Part shown: piece after piece, positions 21,224 through 30,437 of the stretch
How the letters are laid out: each line of letters starts with the position of its first letter
Numbering within the stretch: the stretch's first letter is position 1
DNA from: Elusimicrobiota bacterium
Lineage (GTDB): Bacteria; Elusimicrobiota; Elusimicrobia; Elusimicrobiales; UBA9959
Reading direction: 5' to 3'
Assembly: GCA_037137395.1 (NCBI GenBank)
Contig: JBAXKK010000014.1
Location: forward strand, 1 to 40,002
DNA: 40,002 nt
Notes under the pieces: model-generated
The model's input: the letters and a program-made list of their open reading frames with translations, nothing else
Told to the model about the DNA's origin: nothing
Databases searched by the model: none
Position numbers and translations under genes: made by a program

Positions 21224-23033
21224 GCTGGGAACTTTCACCCAGCGTCTTCAACTCTTCCAGAGCCGCGGCCACCTTGGCTTCAAGGGCGTGTATTTTATCG
21301 CCCAACTCTTTAACCTGCTGATAATCCGAATAAATTTCAGGCGAGGACATTTTGGCGGCCAGCGTCTCAATAGTTTTCCGGGAATAGGCTATGTCTTTTT
21401 TAAGCGTATCTCCCCGGCGTGAACGCTTGCGCGCCTCCGCCTCCTGACGCTTCTTCTCTTCCCAGGCCGCCGTGTCAGCGCGTGCTTCTGAAGGTTTGGT
21501 CCCCTCTCCGGAAGGGGCGGCAGCGGCCATTTCCGCCTGCATGGTCATCTGACGGTGACGGAAGTAATCGTAGTTGCCGGGATAGACGGTGGTCTTCCCT
21601 TTTTCTACGTGCACCACGGAGTCGGCCAGGGCGTTTATGAAATACAAATCGTGGCTGATAAAGCAAAGCGTGCCCTCGAATTCTTTCAGCGCTCCGATAA
21701 GCGCGTCCACGCTGGGCATATCGAGATGCGTGGTGGGCTCGTCCATCAATATGACGTTCGGCGGATCCAGCAGCAGCTTCACCAGCATGAGCCGGCTTTT
21801 TTCTCCGCCGCTGAGCACGGCCGTTTTCTTGTAAACATTGTCTCCCGGGAACAGGAAGGTTCCAAGCACGGTCCTCACTGTAAGCTCAGGGTTCATCCTG
21901 TCGTTATCCATGGCTTCCTGCAAAACGGTGTGCCGCGGCTCGAGTATGCCTTCCCGGTGCTGAGAAAAATATCCGGTCTTGACGTTCAGCCCGGGGATAC
22001 GCTCGCCGGAATCCGGCTCAATCACGCCAGCGAGCATCTTCAGCAGCGTGGATTTACCGGCGCCGTTATGGCCTACAAAAGCCATTTTCTGACCGCGGTA
22101 AAGCTCAAAGTTGAAATTCTCATAAACTCGTATGGGCTCGTGGCCGGGAACATTGTAAATTTTGCTTATATCCTTCAGCTCCAGGACCTTTGTTCCGGTC
22201 CGGCCGGGCTGCGGAAAGCGTATCTTGACCGTTTTGTTGTCCTCCGGCACCTGCACCAGCTCAAGCTTGTCAAGCCGCTTTATCATGCTCTGCACGCGGG
22301 ACGCGGTTGAAACGCGCGCCCTGTTGCGGAAGATGAAGTCTTTCATCTGGGCGATATCGTCCTGCTGCTGCTTCCATTGTGAAACGACCTTGTCTTTCTC
22401 CGACTGGCGCTGAGTGAGAAAATGTTCGTAATCCCCGTAATAGGCGCGCAGGGTTTTATCCTGAACGGAAATAATAGCGTTGCAGACGGTATTGATAAAA
22501 GAACGGTCATGTGAAATGACGAAAACCGCGCCCTGATAAGCCGCCAGATAATCCTGCAGCCACAATAGCGCGTCAAGGTCCAGATGATTTGTGGGCTCGT
22601 CCAGAAGCAGCAGGTCCGGTTTTTTTACCAGAAGCCTGGCCATCGCCACTCGCATAGCCCAGCCGCCGGAGAGCGTATTAACATGCCTGCCGAAATCGGA
22701 AACTTTGAACCCCAGACCCATCAGAACAGCCTTGGCTTCTGCGCCCTTGCGGCCGTCAAAATCCTCCGCGCCGTCCAGGGTTTCATCCACTACCGTGCGC
22801 GTAGTTGTAGGGGCGTTCTCCTGCGGCAAATACCCTACGACAACGTTCTTCTTAAACTGTATTTCTCCGTCGTCCGCCTCTTCTTCGCGAAGCATCATCT
22901 TAAAAAGCGTGGACTTTCCGGAACCGTTGGGCCCGACCAGCGCGAAACGCTCGCCTTCGTTTATCTGGAGAGAAGCCCCCTCGAACAGGGATTGGGAAGA
23001 AAATGATTTATATATATTCTTGATGGTTATCAT
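21216..23033 (-). CDS. ABC-F family ATPase with C-terminal coiled coil (Uup/YheS-like)
   Basis: Two NBDs (GPNGSGKS/LSGGW/LLLDEPTNHLD; GHNGAGKS/LSGGE/MDEPTTHLD); no TM segments. Confidence 0.93.
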   Translation of the reverse strand: MITIKNIYKSFSSQSLFEGASLQINEGERFALVGPNGSGKSTLFKMMLREEEADDGEIQFKKNVVVGYLPQENAPTTTRTVVDETLDGAEDFDGRKGAEAKAVLMGLGFKVSDFGRHVNTLSGGWAMRVAMARLLVKKPDLLLLDEPTNHLDLDALLWLQDYLAAYQGAVFVISHDRSFINTVCNAIISVQDKTLRAYYGDYEHFLTQRQSEKDKVVSQWKQQQDDIAQMKDFIFRNRARVSTASRVQSMIKRLDKLELVQVPEDNKTVKIRFPQPGRTGTKVLELKDISKIYNVPGHEPIRVYENFNFELYRGQKMAFVGHNGAGKSTLLKMLAGVIEPDSGERIPGLNVKTGYFSQHREGILEPRHTVLQEAMDNDRMNPELTVRTVLGTFLFPGDNVYKKTAVLSGGEKSRLMLVKLLLDPPNVILMDEPTTHLDMPSVDALIGALKEFEGTLCFISHDLYFINALADSVVHVEKGKTTVYPGNYDYFRHRQMTMQAEMAAAAPSGEGTKPSEARADTAAWEEKKRQEAEARKRSRRGDTLKKDIAYSRKTIETLAAKMSSPEIYSDYQQVKELGDKIHALEAKVAAALEELKTLGESSQQP

Positions 23034-23211
23034 AGTGAAACATTCCGCGGCATAATGCCGCGATAATATACTTTGGCCCGCATATTTTTTACAGCCTTGG
23101 GGATAAATACTATCCGGGAAACATGCGCTAGGAAGCTGGCAGGGCGGACTGCTTCGGCGATGCTATAGTGCCACGAACATATTTTAGCATTTCCACCGCC
23201 CCGCGCAAAGC

Positions 23212-23246
23212 AAAAACCCGGCCCCTCATTTACGGGACCGGGCTTT
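23212..23246 (-). terminator. Intrinsic terminator after the rlmI-like gene
   Basis: Minus strand AAAGCCCGGTCCC...GGGGCCGGGTTTTT. Confidence 0.72.
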
Positions 23247-23263
23247 ATGCGCTAAAGTTATTA

Positions 23264-24430
23264 TCAGTAAACCCGGGCCCAGACGGCTTTAAGGTATTCG
23301 CCTTCCGGATAGTCGGAAGAAACAGGATGGTCGGCTCCGGCGCCGGACTTTCTAAAGACATGCGCGCGCCGCCCAGCGTTGGTGGCAGCACCGCGCACGA
23401 TAAAGGAAAATTCGTCCATCGAGACCATACCGCTGCACGAGCAGGTCACGAATATCCCCCCCTCAGCCACCAGGGAGAGCGCGAGGCGGTTGAAATCTCT
23501 GTATTTGAAAATTCCGTATTCGCGGTCTTCCCGCGAAGCCACGAGCTTGTAGGGGTCCAGGATGACCATGTCATATTTTTTGCTGTTCTGGAACATCTGG
23601 CGCATGTAGGGAAAAGCGTCGGAGCAGACGGCGTCTATCTTGACTCCGTTTATGTTCGCGTTGCGCTTTGAAAGTTCCACAGCTTCGGCGTCCAGTTCCA
23701 CGCAGGTCACGTCCTTGGCTCCGCCCAGTTTCATGGCGTAGATGCCGAATCCGCCCGTATAGGAACAGATGTCCAGAACGCTGCGGCCTTCCGCCAACGA
23801 GGACGCGTAAAGCCGGTTGTCACGCTGGTCGCAGAAAAAGCCCGTCTTATGGCCGCCGGCCAGATCCACCTCGAACATCACGCCATTCTCGGTAACGCGG
23901 ACCTTCTTGCCCGGACCGGTTTGCGGCTTGAGCGTAAACCCCTCCATCGTTTCAGTGTAAGAGCTGGCGCGGTGGTGAAAAACAGCTTTTGGGAAATGCT
24001 CCCGGAAGGCGGCCTCAAGAAAAGAAGCCAGCCGGTACATGGCGAAAGAATAGAATTCCAGCACGATATTGTCGCCGTACATATCCACGACCAGCCCGGG
24101 CAGACCGTCGCCGTAGTCATGAACAAGACGGCAGGCGTTGGTGGTTTTATCCAGCTTCAGAACTTTATGCCGGAAATCCACGGCGCGGCCCACCTGTCTT
24201 TTTATGAAAGCCGTAAGGTCGAAAGTGTCGGGGTTTTCCCTGGTAAAGATGCGCAGCGCGATCTGGCTACGGGGATTATAAAGCCCCACGCCGTAGGGCT
24301 GGCCGTTTTTATTATAAACGGCGACGATCTCGCCGGCGGACGCGCCCTCAACGGAGCCTATCATCCGCCTGAAAGCGTTAGGCCCGGCGGGGGCGTAGGC
24401 AAGTTTCACTTTAGGTAATGGTCTATTCAT
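23264..24430 (-). CDS. rlmI: RlmI/RlmK-like class I SAM-dependent 23S rRNA methyltransferase
   Basis: GDGLPGLVVD, GHKTGFFCDQRDNR, CSYTGGF, ILDP, DHP..YPEGEYLK. Confidence 0.85.
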   Translation of the reverse strand: MNRPLPKVKLAYAPAGPNAFRRMIGSVEGASAGEIVAVYNKNGQPYGVGLYNPRSQIALRIFTRENPDTFDLTAFIKRQVGRAVDFRHKVLKLDKTTNACRLVHDYGDGLPGLVVDMYGDNIVLEFYSFAMYRLASFLEAAFREHFPKAVFHHRASSYTETMEGFTLKPQTGPGKKVRVTENGVMFEVDLAGGHKTGFFCDQRDNRLYASSLAEGRSVLDICSYTGGFGIYAMKLGGAKDVTCVELDAEAVELSKRNANINGVKIDAVCSDAFPYMRQMFQNSKKYDMVILDPYKLVASREDREYGIFKYRDFNRLALSLVAEGGIFVTCSCSGMVSMDEFSFIVRGAATNAGRRAHVFRKSGAGADHPVSSDYPEGEYLKAVWARVY

Positions 24431-24491
24431 GGTTTATGTAAAGATAAAATAGCAATTTACGAGACACTTATAAAGGCAGGCAAAATAGGAT

Positions 24492-26453
24492 TTATTTTTT
24501 TAGCGGGATATGGAAGAAGAACCGCGAACCGACTCCGAGCTGGGATTCTATACCCATCTCGCCGCCGTGCATCTGGACGATCTCACGCGCTATCTTAAGA
24601 CCCAGACCGAAGCCAGCCTTACGCATCTTTTGGGCCTCCGCGGTCTGAAAGAAGCGCTCCCATATGCGGGGCAGGTCCTCTTTGGAGATACCTATGCCCG
24701 TATCCATTACGCTGACGATAACCCTGTCCGGGGCTGACTCCACCCGTATGGTCACCTGCCCCTCCGGCTTGGTGTACTGAATGGCGTTGGTGCAGAGGTT
24801 CTGTATCACCTGACCGATGCGGACATGGTCACCGGCCAGCAGAGGCAGTGACGGCGGAAGTTCCACGGCAAAATTGATCTTGCGCTGATGGGCCACTATC
24901 TCGATGCGAGAGCGCACTTCACTGACCACGGAAAGCAGGTCCAAAGTCCCGATTTCTACGCGCAGCTTGCCGGATTCTATCGCCGCCAGGTCCACCAGAT
25001 CGGAGATCAGGAGATTTAATGTCTTAGCGGCGGAATGGATGTTGGAGGCGTATTTAAGCTCGGAGGGCAGGCTTGTGAGCTTGAAGCTTAAGACCTCGGC
25101 GTAGCCCAGTATGGCGGTCAGAGGATTCTTAACATCATGCGCGACCATGGCGAAAAACTTCGTCTGAAAACCATTGACCTGTGCCAGTTTCCGGTTGAAC
25201 TCCTGAACCTCCTGCAAGAGGCGCGCGTTTTCCAGGAGGAGAAAGCGCCGCTCCAGCGCCCGCTCCACCGAGAAGACCAGGCGCGAGGCCTCAACGGGTT
25301 TCAAGAGCGCGTCGTCGAGCCCCAGCTCCACGACCTGGCTGACCCCCTGGAGCGCGGCCTGAAGGGGATAGCGGTCCACCATAAATATGATGCGCAGGTC
25401 AGGGTCCCGTTCGCGCAGTTTCTGGGCAAGCTCAGCCCCTGAGTGTTGTGCGAAGGTGATCGCGGTGCCGATGACCGCGAGATGGAACGCCCCCTTTTCG
25501 CAGAGCTTCAAAGCTTCCTCTCCGTCCATGGAGGTCGTGACATCATAACCCGCGCCCATTAAAGCCATGCCAAGGGAGGCCAGCGTAGGTTTGAAATTAT
25601 CCAGCAGGATAATGCGTTCCTTCTCCTTCTCTCCGGAACGGGCGGCTCCGCCTTCGCTGCTGTCGATCAGTATTCCCGCGATACGCCCGGCCTGCTCTCT
25701 AGGAAGGGCCACGATGTGCCCCCCATTGAGCGCCTGAATCGCGTATCGCGCCGTATCCACGCCCGATATGGTGTAGCAAACGGCTTCCGGGATTGCGGCT
25801 CGGATATTGGAGTCCATAGCGTCGGCATCCTCAAGGGTACCGGTGAACATAGCAACAACCACTTTGCTTAGGGACAGAATAGTCTCGGGCGCGGCTTCCT
25901 CACCGACGCCAAGCCGCGACCATAAGCTTTTAGGTTGCTTGGACAGGGAAGCGGCGCGGACACGGGCCTCGTTTTGTTTGTAGATGAACTCGGTTAAACC
26001 CTGGGTGGATTCCAGGAACACAGACTGGACTCCAGCCGCGTGGAAGGCGCTCTGCACGGCTCCGGTCATAAATAAAGTCTGATCGGCCAGGATGGCGACC
26101 GGACGGTCAGTGGCCCTGATCTGGTCCGCGAAACCCGCGGGCAGCGGCCAGACTATGCGGCGCAGAGGTGAGGGAGAGGTCGGAGCGTTGCTGGTGATCG
26201 TCTCCAGCGTAAAGAAGCGGACCTTGGGATATTGTTTGCTCAAAGCCAGCAGGGCCTCACGCTCGGTAGCGGGGATCCGGCCGAAATCCATAACCAGGGT
26301 GGAGTAATCTCCGGCGGCGAGCTGGGCGGCGGCGTAACTCAGCGACGGCACGCAGAAGAGCTCAAAGCCCCGTCCCGACATGGACGGCGTCATCTCGTCA
26401 AGAAGAGTCTTCTCGGTAGTAACAACCAGCACACTGCCTTTGAGATCGGGCAT
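24492..26453 (-). CDS. Cytoplasmic hybrid histidine kinase with N-terminal receiver-like domains
   Basis: H-box AHDVKNPL; N-box QNLCTNAIQY; G1 DTGIGI; F-box ERFFQ; G2 GFGLGL; no TM segments. Confidence 0.92.
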   Translation of the reverse strand: MPDLKGSVLVVTTEKTLLDEMTPSMSGRGFELFCVPSLSYAAAQLAAGDYSTLVMDFGRIPATEREALLALSKQYPKVRFFTLETITSNAPTSPSPLRRIVWPLPAGFADQIRATDRPVAILADQTLFMTGAVQSAFHAAGVQSVFLESTQGLTEFIYKQNEARVRAASLSKQPKSLWSRLGVGEEAAPETILSLSKVVVAMFTGTLEDADAMDSNIRAAIPEAVCYTISGVDTARYAIQALNGGHIVALPREQAGRIAGILIDSSEGGAARSGEKEKERIILLDNFKPTLASLGMALMGAGYDVTTSMDGEEALKLCEKGAFHLAVIGTAITFAQHSGAELAQKLRERDPDLRIIFMVDRYPLQAALQGVSQVVELGLDDALLKPVEASRLVFSVERALERRFLLLENARLLQEVQEFNRKLAQVNGFQTKFFAMVAHDVKNPLTAILGYAEVLSFKLTSLPSELKYASNIHSAAKTLNLLISDLVDLAAIESGKLRVEIGTLDLLSVVSEVRSRIEIVAHQRKINFAVELPPSLPLLAGDHVRIGQVIQNLCTNAIQYTKPEGQVTIRVESAPDRVIVSVMDTGIGISKEDLPRIWERFFQTAEAQKMRKAGFGLGLKIAREIVQMHGGEMGIESQLGVGSRFFFHIPLKK

Positions 26454-26574
26454 TAAACATTCTCCACGATAACACAGGCCAAGGGCGGGCGGCAGGTCAG
26501 ATCTGTTGGAAACTTAAGAGCGATATTTCAGGTTCTCCTCTGGAAGAATTTGCCGTTGCGAAGCGACTTTGTAT

Positions 26575-27279
26575 TTATTTGCAGCAAAGTATAGATGCAG
26601 GAGTGCCGCATGGCCGCATACATGGCCCCAAGCAGTAGGTACTCCCGGTTTGATCCCAGAACATTCCATAATATGAGTCGAGAGTCCAGCCTCTGCAGTC
26701 GTGAATAATAGCCCCACCTGCCCCGCCCGCGGAAGCTGAAAAAGTAAACGCGGAATACCAACCGGAAGCGGTGGGCTTGTCGTTTACAAAATCGGAAACT
26801 ACACACATTCTACTGCCAGTGTATTGGCTCTTACACTTGGCATCCCCACCGGCATAACCACCCACGGCGGCGCCGGCGTATACAGCTGTTGTCGCGCCCA
26901 CAAATTTCGAACCATTCATACTGATCCAGCTGTTACCATCCCAGTATTCAATCTGGTCGTAAGTAAGATCGTATATTACGGAACCCCTGGGCGGAAAGCC
27001 CATGGCATCCCTTTGCGTTTTGCTCATCCTGGGCGGCAAAAAACCACTGGTAGTAGATTGAATATCCAACTTTGCCTGCGGGCTTGTGGAACCTATGCCG
27101 ACATTGCCGCCGTCCCTGGCGAGCAAAGTCAGACCGGTGGTTAAAATGCTGGCGTAACCGCCGTAAGGCGCGGGATAATAGGTGGTCATAGTCAAGGTTT
27201 CGGAACTCAAAAATCCAGGAGACCAGCAGACCAGACCGACTGCCAGAAGAAAAACAATTTTTCTCTTGACCATTCGCAT
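26575..27279 (-). CDS. Exported adhesin-like protein (TTYYPAPYG N-terminal motif, GNVGIG repeat, Cys-rich lectin-like C-terminus); start uncertain (27273/27279/27309)
   Basis: Signal peptide MVKRKIVFLLAVGLVC; 'GNVGIGSTSPQAKLDI'; 'GFLPPRMSKTQRDA'; 'GGYAGGDAKC...ILCCK'. Confidence 0.7.
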   Translation of the reverse strand: MRMVKRKIVFLLAVGLVCWSPGFLSSETLTMTTYYPAPYGGYASILTTGLTLLARDGGNVGIGSTSPQAKLDIQSTTSGFLPPRMSKTQRDAMGFPPRGSVIYDLTYDQIEYWDGNSWISMNGSKFVGATTAVYAGAAVGGYAGGDAKCKSQYTGSRMCVVSDFVNDKPTASGWYSAFTFSASAGGAGGAIIHDCRGWTLDSYYGMFWDQTGSTYCLGPCMRPCGTPASILCCK

Positions 27280-27478
27280 CTGACAGGTTGTGTTATTCTC
27301 TTTTTCCATAGACCTTGTATCTGCAGCTCTTACTCTTTGGCGCACAAGCATTTGCGACGGCACTTGATGTGGAATATTGCCCTCTATACCGACAAAATTA
27401 TAGCACACCAGAGCGGTATTATCAATTTGGGTTTACAGGTTACGGGTTTTATAGATAAACTATATGTGAAACTCAATT

Positions 27479-27898
27479 ATGAAACACAAAGAAAGAGAAA
27501 AACCAGTTACAACCGGCAAACAAGATCATATCGTTGAAGATGCGCTGGAAAATTTTCGCGACGAGCTAAAGAAAAAAGCTACCGGCTCTGAAATCGGTAA
27601 TGAAGTCCCCGAATCCTCGCCAACAGTCGAACGCGAAGATCTTCAATTCCAGGCCTCGCCAGGCTTGGTCGCGCTGTTAAAATTCCTGGTCAAAGTCTCC
27701 CCGCCGCCTAAACCACGCGCGGTAATACCGGTGGACGCGGACACCCCCTCCTCGGAACCCGAAAACGAACCTGAAACCGGCCCCGACCTCCCGGAATCCG
27801 GAGCGATACATCCATCTTCTTCCGCCTGGATTATCTGGCTGACAATTATAGGCCTTGCCATTTTTTATCTGATCGATTCAGGAGTGTTGAACAAATGA
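27479..27898 (+). CDS. Hypothetical protein with C-terminal TM anchor
   Basis: Acidic/Pro-rich body, terminal TM segment; ATGA overlap with adenosine deaminase. Confidence 0.65.
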   Translation: MKHKEREKPVTTGKQDHIVEDALENFRDELKKKATGSEIGNEVPESSPTVEREDLQFQASPGLVALLKFLVKVSPPPKPRAVIPVDADTPSSEPENEPETGPDLPESGAIHPSSSAWIIWLTIIGLAIFYLIDSGVLNK

Positions 27899-28926
27899 TA
27901 GAGCAGGATATCGCTATTAAATCTATGCCAAAGGTGGAATTGCACCGGCATCTTGAAGGCTGCGTGCGCATCCCCACCATAATCAGGACCGCTCTAAGGC
28001 ATAAGATTAAGCTCCCTACTTTTAATGAGCATGAATTGTCTAAAATAGCCAAGCTCAGCGGCCCGATGGGTTCTCTGGCGGAAGTTTTGGGAATGTTTGA
28101 AATAGCGCAATCTGTTTTTGTCTCTTACGGAGCGGTGGAGGAAATAACGCGCCAGGCGCTGGAGGACGCGCATAAAAAAGAGAACATCCGGCTTTTAGAG
28201 CTCAGATACAGCCCCGATTTTATGCTGAAAGGCAAAGATCTGGATTGGCAGAAGACCTTGGAGGTCATACTTGCCACAGCCAGGTCTTTTCAGAAGAAAT
28301 ATCCCATTTTCACCGGAGTGATAATCATAGCGTCCAGATCTTACGGCATGGATTCGGTGCTTAAAACGATAGATTTCGCGGTGCAGAACAAAAGCATTAT
28401 CGCCGGCTTCGATTTCGCCGACGACGAAATAAACTATCCCGCCTCCCTTTACGCCGACGCGGTTAAAAAACTCCACGAAGCCGGGATCCCGCTCACCGTG
28501 CATTCGGGCGAGGACGGCAAATTCAGCCAGGTCCTTGACGTCATAAATTTTCTTAGCCCGCGGCGCATAGGCCACGGAGTTAAAGCCATAGAGGACCTCT
28601 CGGGCAAAACCCTTGAATTGATAAAAGAGAAAGGCATCACCATAGAGTCAAACCCTTACAGCAATTATCTCACCCGCGCCGTGGAAAGGCTGGAAAACCA
28701 CCCGCTCAAGAAATTCATAGACGCGGGCCTAAGCGTCTCTATAGGCGCGGACGACCCGGAGATACTGGACACGGACCTTAACAAGGAATACCGCCTGGCC
28801 GTTGACAAGATAGGCCTATCGATGGCCGACCTTGCCTACGCGAACAAATGCGCCCTCAAAGCCTCTTTCCTCCCCCCCGACATGAAACAGGAAGCCGCTA
28901 AGTGGTTTACGCCCCAGCCGGATTGA
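27895..28926 (+). CDS. add: Adenosine deaminase family protein
   Basis: PKVELHRHLEG, ELRYSP, TVHSGE, RRIGHG, ADDP. Confidence 0.9.
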   Translation: MIEQDIAIKSMPKVELHRHLEGCVRIPTIIRTALRHKIKLPTFNEHELSKIAKLSGPMGSLAEVLGMFEIAQSVFVSYGAVEEITRQALEDAHKKENIRLLELRYSPDFMLKGKDLDWQKTLEVILATARSFQKKYPIFTGVIIIASRSYGMDSVLKTIDFAVQNKSIIAGFDFADDEINYPASLYADAVKKLHEAGIPLTVHSGEDGKFSQVLDVINFLSPRRIGHGVKAIEDLSGKTLELIKEKGITIESNPYSNYLTRAVERLENHPLKKFIDAGLSVSIGADDPEILDTDLNKEYRLAVDKIGLSMADLAYANKCALKASFLPPDMKQEAAKWFTPQPD

Positions 28927-28967
28927 AGTGTGCCGTATAAACTTCCAGCTTCAGAACCTTATTAATA

Positions 28968-30182
28968 CTATACAACCCCATACATCGCGCAGGAAAAAAC
29001 ATCGGGATCGTACCAGCCGCCGGATAGTATCTTTGCTCTGGCCCGGCAGCCGCCCATGCATTTGCTGAAGTGTACGCAGGCCGCGCACTTCGCCAGCTTG
29101 CGCCAATCAAGTGCGACCGGGATTGCGCCGCCTTCCTGGTATTCCCGATATATTGTCTCCAGCGGTTTGTCGGCCAAGTTCCCCATACTCTCGCCGAGGT
29201 TCTGAAAATAATGGCAAGCGTAGATCCGACCGTCCGCCGCTATGAAGCACTGCCCTAGTCCGGCCTTGCAGCTGAAATTGCCGATGCCGGCGAGCTTAGA
29301 GAGAACGTCTACGTTTTCGCCTGGGGCGGGTATGAGGCCCCTGCTGAAGAGGTCCCTGGTCCTGGCCGGCGACAGCGCCAGTTCCGTAGAATACTTGGCT
29401 TTGCCTATCGGAGAGACGGAAGAGAATCTTATTCCGGAGGCTCCGAGTTCGCCGAGACAGAAATCCTTAAATTCTTCGACTCGCCCTGCGGTGCTTTCCT
29501 GAACCATGGCCGTTATGGAGACCGGGACTTTGCGGGAAACGAGGAGTTTTATCCCGTTCACCGCTCTTATGAAGGCTCCGCGCCCGCGGATAGCGTCATG
29601 AATTCCCTCGAAGAAATCCAGACTAACCGCGACAACGGCCACCCCGGACTCTTTCAGCATGGCGGCAGTCTCTTCCGTGACAAGGGTGGCGTTGGTCATC
29701 AGGTTGACACGCATTTGTCTCACCCGCGCCTGGCTGAGCGCCTCGGGCAACAACGGATTCAGCAGCGGCTCCCCACCGTTGATCGTCAGGGTCGTAGGCT
29801 CCAGGGCGTCGATCCCGGCGAATACCTTTTCGAGAATTTCCCGGCTCATGTCCTTTTGGGAGAGCGCGGCGAAGCAGTGGGCGCAGCGCAGGTTGCAGCG
29901 GCCTGAGAACTCCAAGTCCACCGAGGAGAGCAGGCTCTTATCCCTGATCACGATGCGGCGGTCCTCTTCCCGGCCGCTGTCTTCGCCGGCTATGCCTTTT
30001 GCTGCCAGCTTGTCGTAGATGAATTTCTCTTTTTCCGTCATTTCGGCCGGCGAACAGCGCTTGGCCATACTCTCGAGAACCGTCACAGCCTCGGCGTTCA
30101 ACCTGACCTTATAGCCGCTGGCCGTATGATGGAGCCAGATGTCGTTTTGTAAATGTTTTATTACGCAATTCTTGATTAACAT
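28968..30182 (-). CDS. Radical SAM/SPASM peptide maturase with probable N-terminal RRE
   Basis: CNLRCAHC; GGEPLL; SPASM cysteines CKAGLGQC..YAC..CAAC..CMGGCRARA..DPDVFSC; about 70-aa N-terminal extension. Confidence 0.9.
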   Translation of the reverse strand: MLIKNCVIKHLQNDIWLHHTASGYKVRLNAEAVTVLESMAKRCSPAEMTEKEKFIYDKLAAKGIAGEDSGREEDRRIVIRDKSLLSSVDLEFSGRCNLRCAHCFAALSQKDMSREILEKVFAGIDALEPTTLTINGGEPLLNPLLPEALSQARVRQMRVNLMTNATLVTEETAAMLKESGVAVVAVSLDFFEGIHDAIRGRGAFIRAVNGIKLLVSRKVPVSITAMVQESTAGRVEEFKDFCLGELGASGIRFSSVSPIGKAKYSTELALSPARTRDLFSRGLIPAPGENVDVLSKLAGIGNFSCKAGLGQCFIAADGRIYACHYFQNLGESMGNLADKPLETIYREYQEGGAIPVALDWRKLAKCAACVHFSKCMGGCRARAKILSGGWYDPDVFSCAMYGVV

Positions 30183-30204
30183 GATGAATAAGATTTAATA
30201 TATG

Positions 30205-30262
30205 GGAGGGCAGCCCCTGCACGTCCGTGTATTAGCGCCGACAAATGCAGAGGCTGCTCCTC
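30205..30262 (-). other. Intergenic stem-loop between precursor and maturase
   Basis: Minus strand GCAGCCTCTGCA...TGCAGGGGCTGC (12 bp, one G-U); no U-tract. Confidence 0.7.
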
Positions 30263-30280
30263 TTTTTACTTCCGCTTCAC

Positions 30281-30376
30281 TTAGTCGGGCTGGTGGGAGC
30301 AGTCCCCGCCGTCACCGATGCAGTGCTGTACGCTCACTACTGCAACCGCTACTTCATTGTGTTCTTCGAACAGCAT
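30281..30376 (-). CDS. Putative RiPP precursor peptide, 31 aa: MLFEEHNEVAVAVVSVQHCIGDGGDCSHQPD
   Basis: Hand-translated (below the ORF-track cutoff); RBS GGAGGT 5 nt before ATG; TAA stop; directly upstream of the rSAM/SPASM gene. Confidence 0.8.
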   Translation of the reverse strand: MLFEEHNEVAVAVVSVQHCIGDGGDCSHQPD

Positions 30377-30403
30377 TTTCTACCTCCATTACTATCACTT
30401 CTC

Positions 30404-30426
30404 CCGGGCCTAATGATCCGGCCCGG
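30404..30426 (-). other. Stem-loop between the YHS gene and the precursor
   Basis: CCGGGCC-9 nt-GGCCCGG; no U-tract in the minus direction. Confidence 0.55.
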
Positions 30427-30437
30427 AAATTTTGGGG

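Noticed and set aside
23156..23195. Fluoride riboswitch (GGCGATG…)
   Set aside because: The pseudoknot partner is missing and it is on the strand opposite the flanking genes.
26575..27279. Diversity-generating retroelement or shufflon target
   Set aside because: No reverse transcriptase, template repeat, recombinase or alternative C-terminal cassettes in the window.
30281..30376. Selenocysteine-containing precursor
   Set aside because: No in-frame TGA; the ORF ends in TAA.
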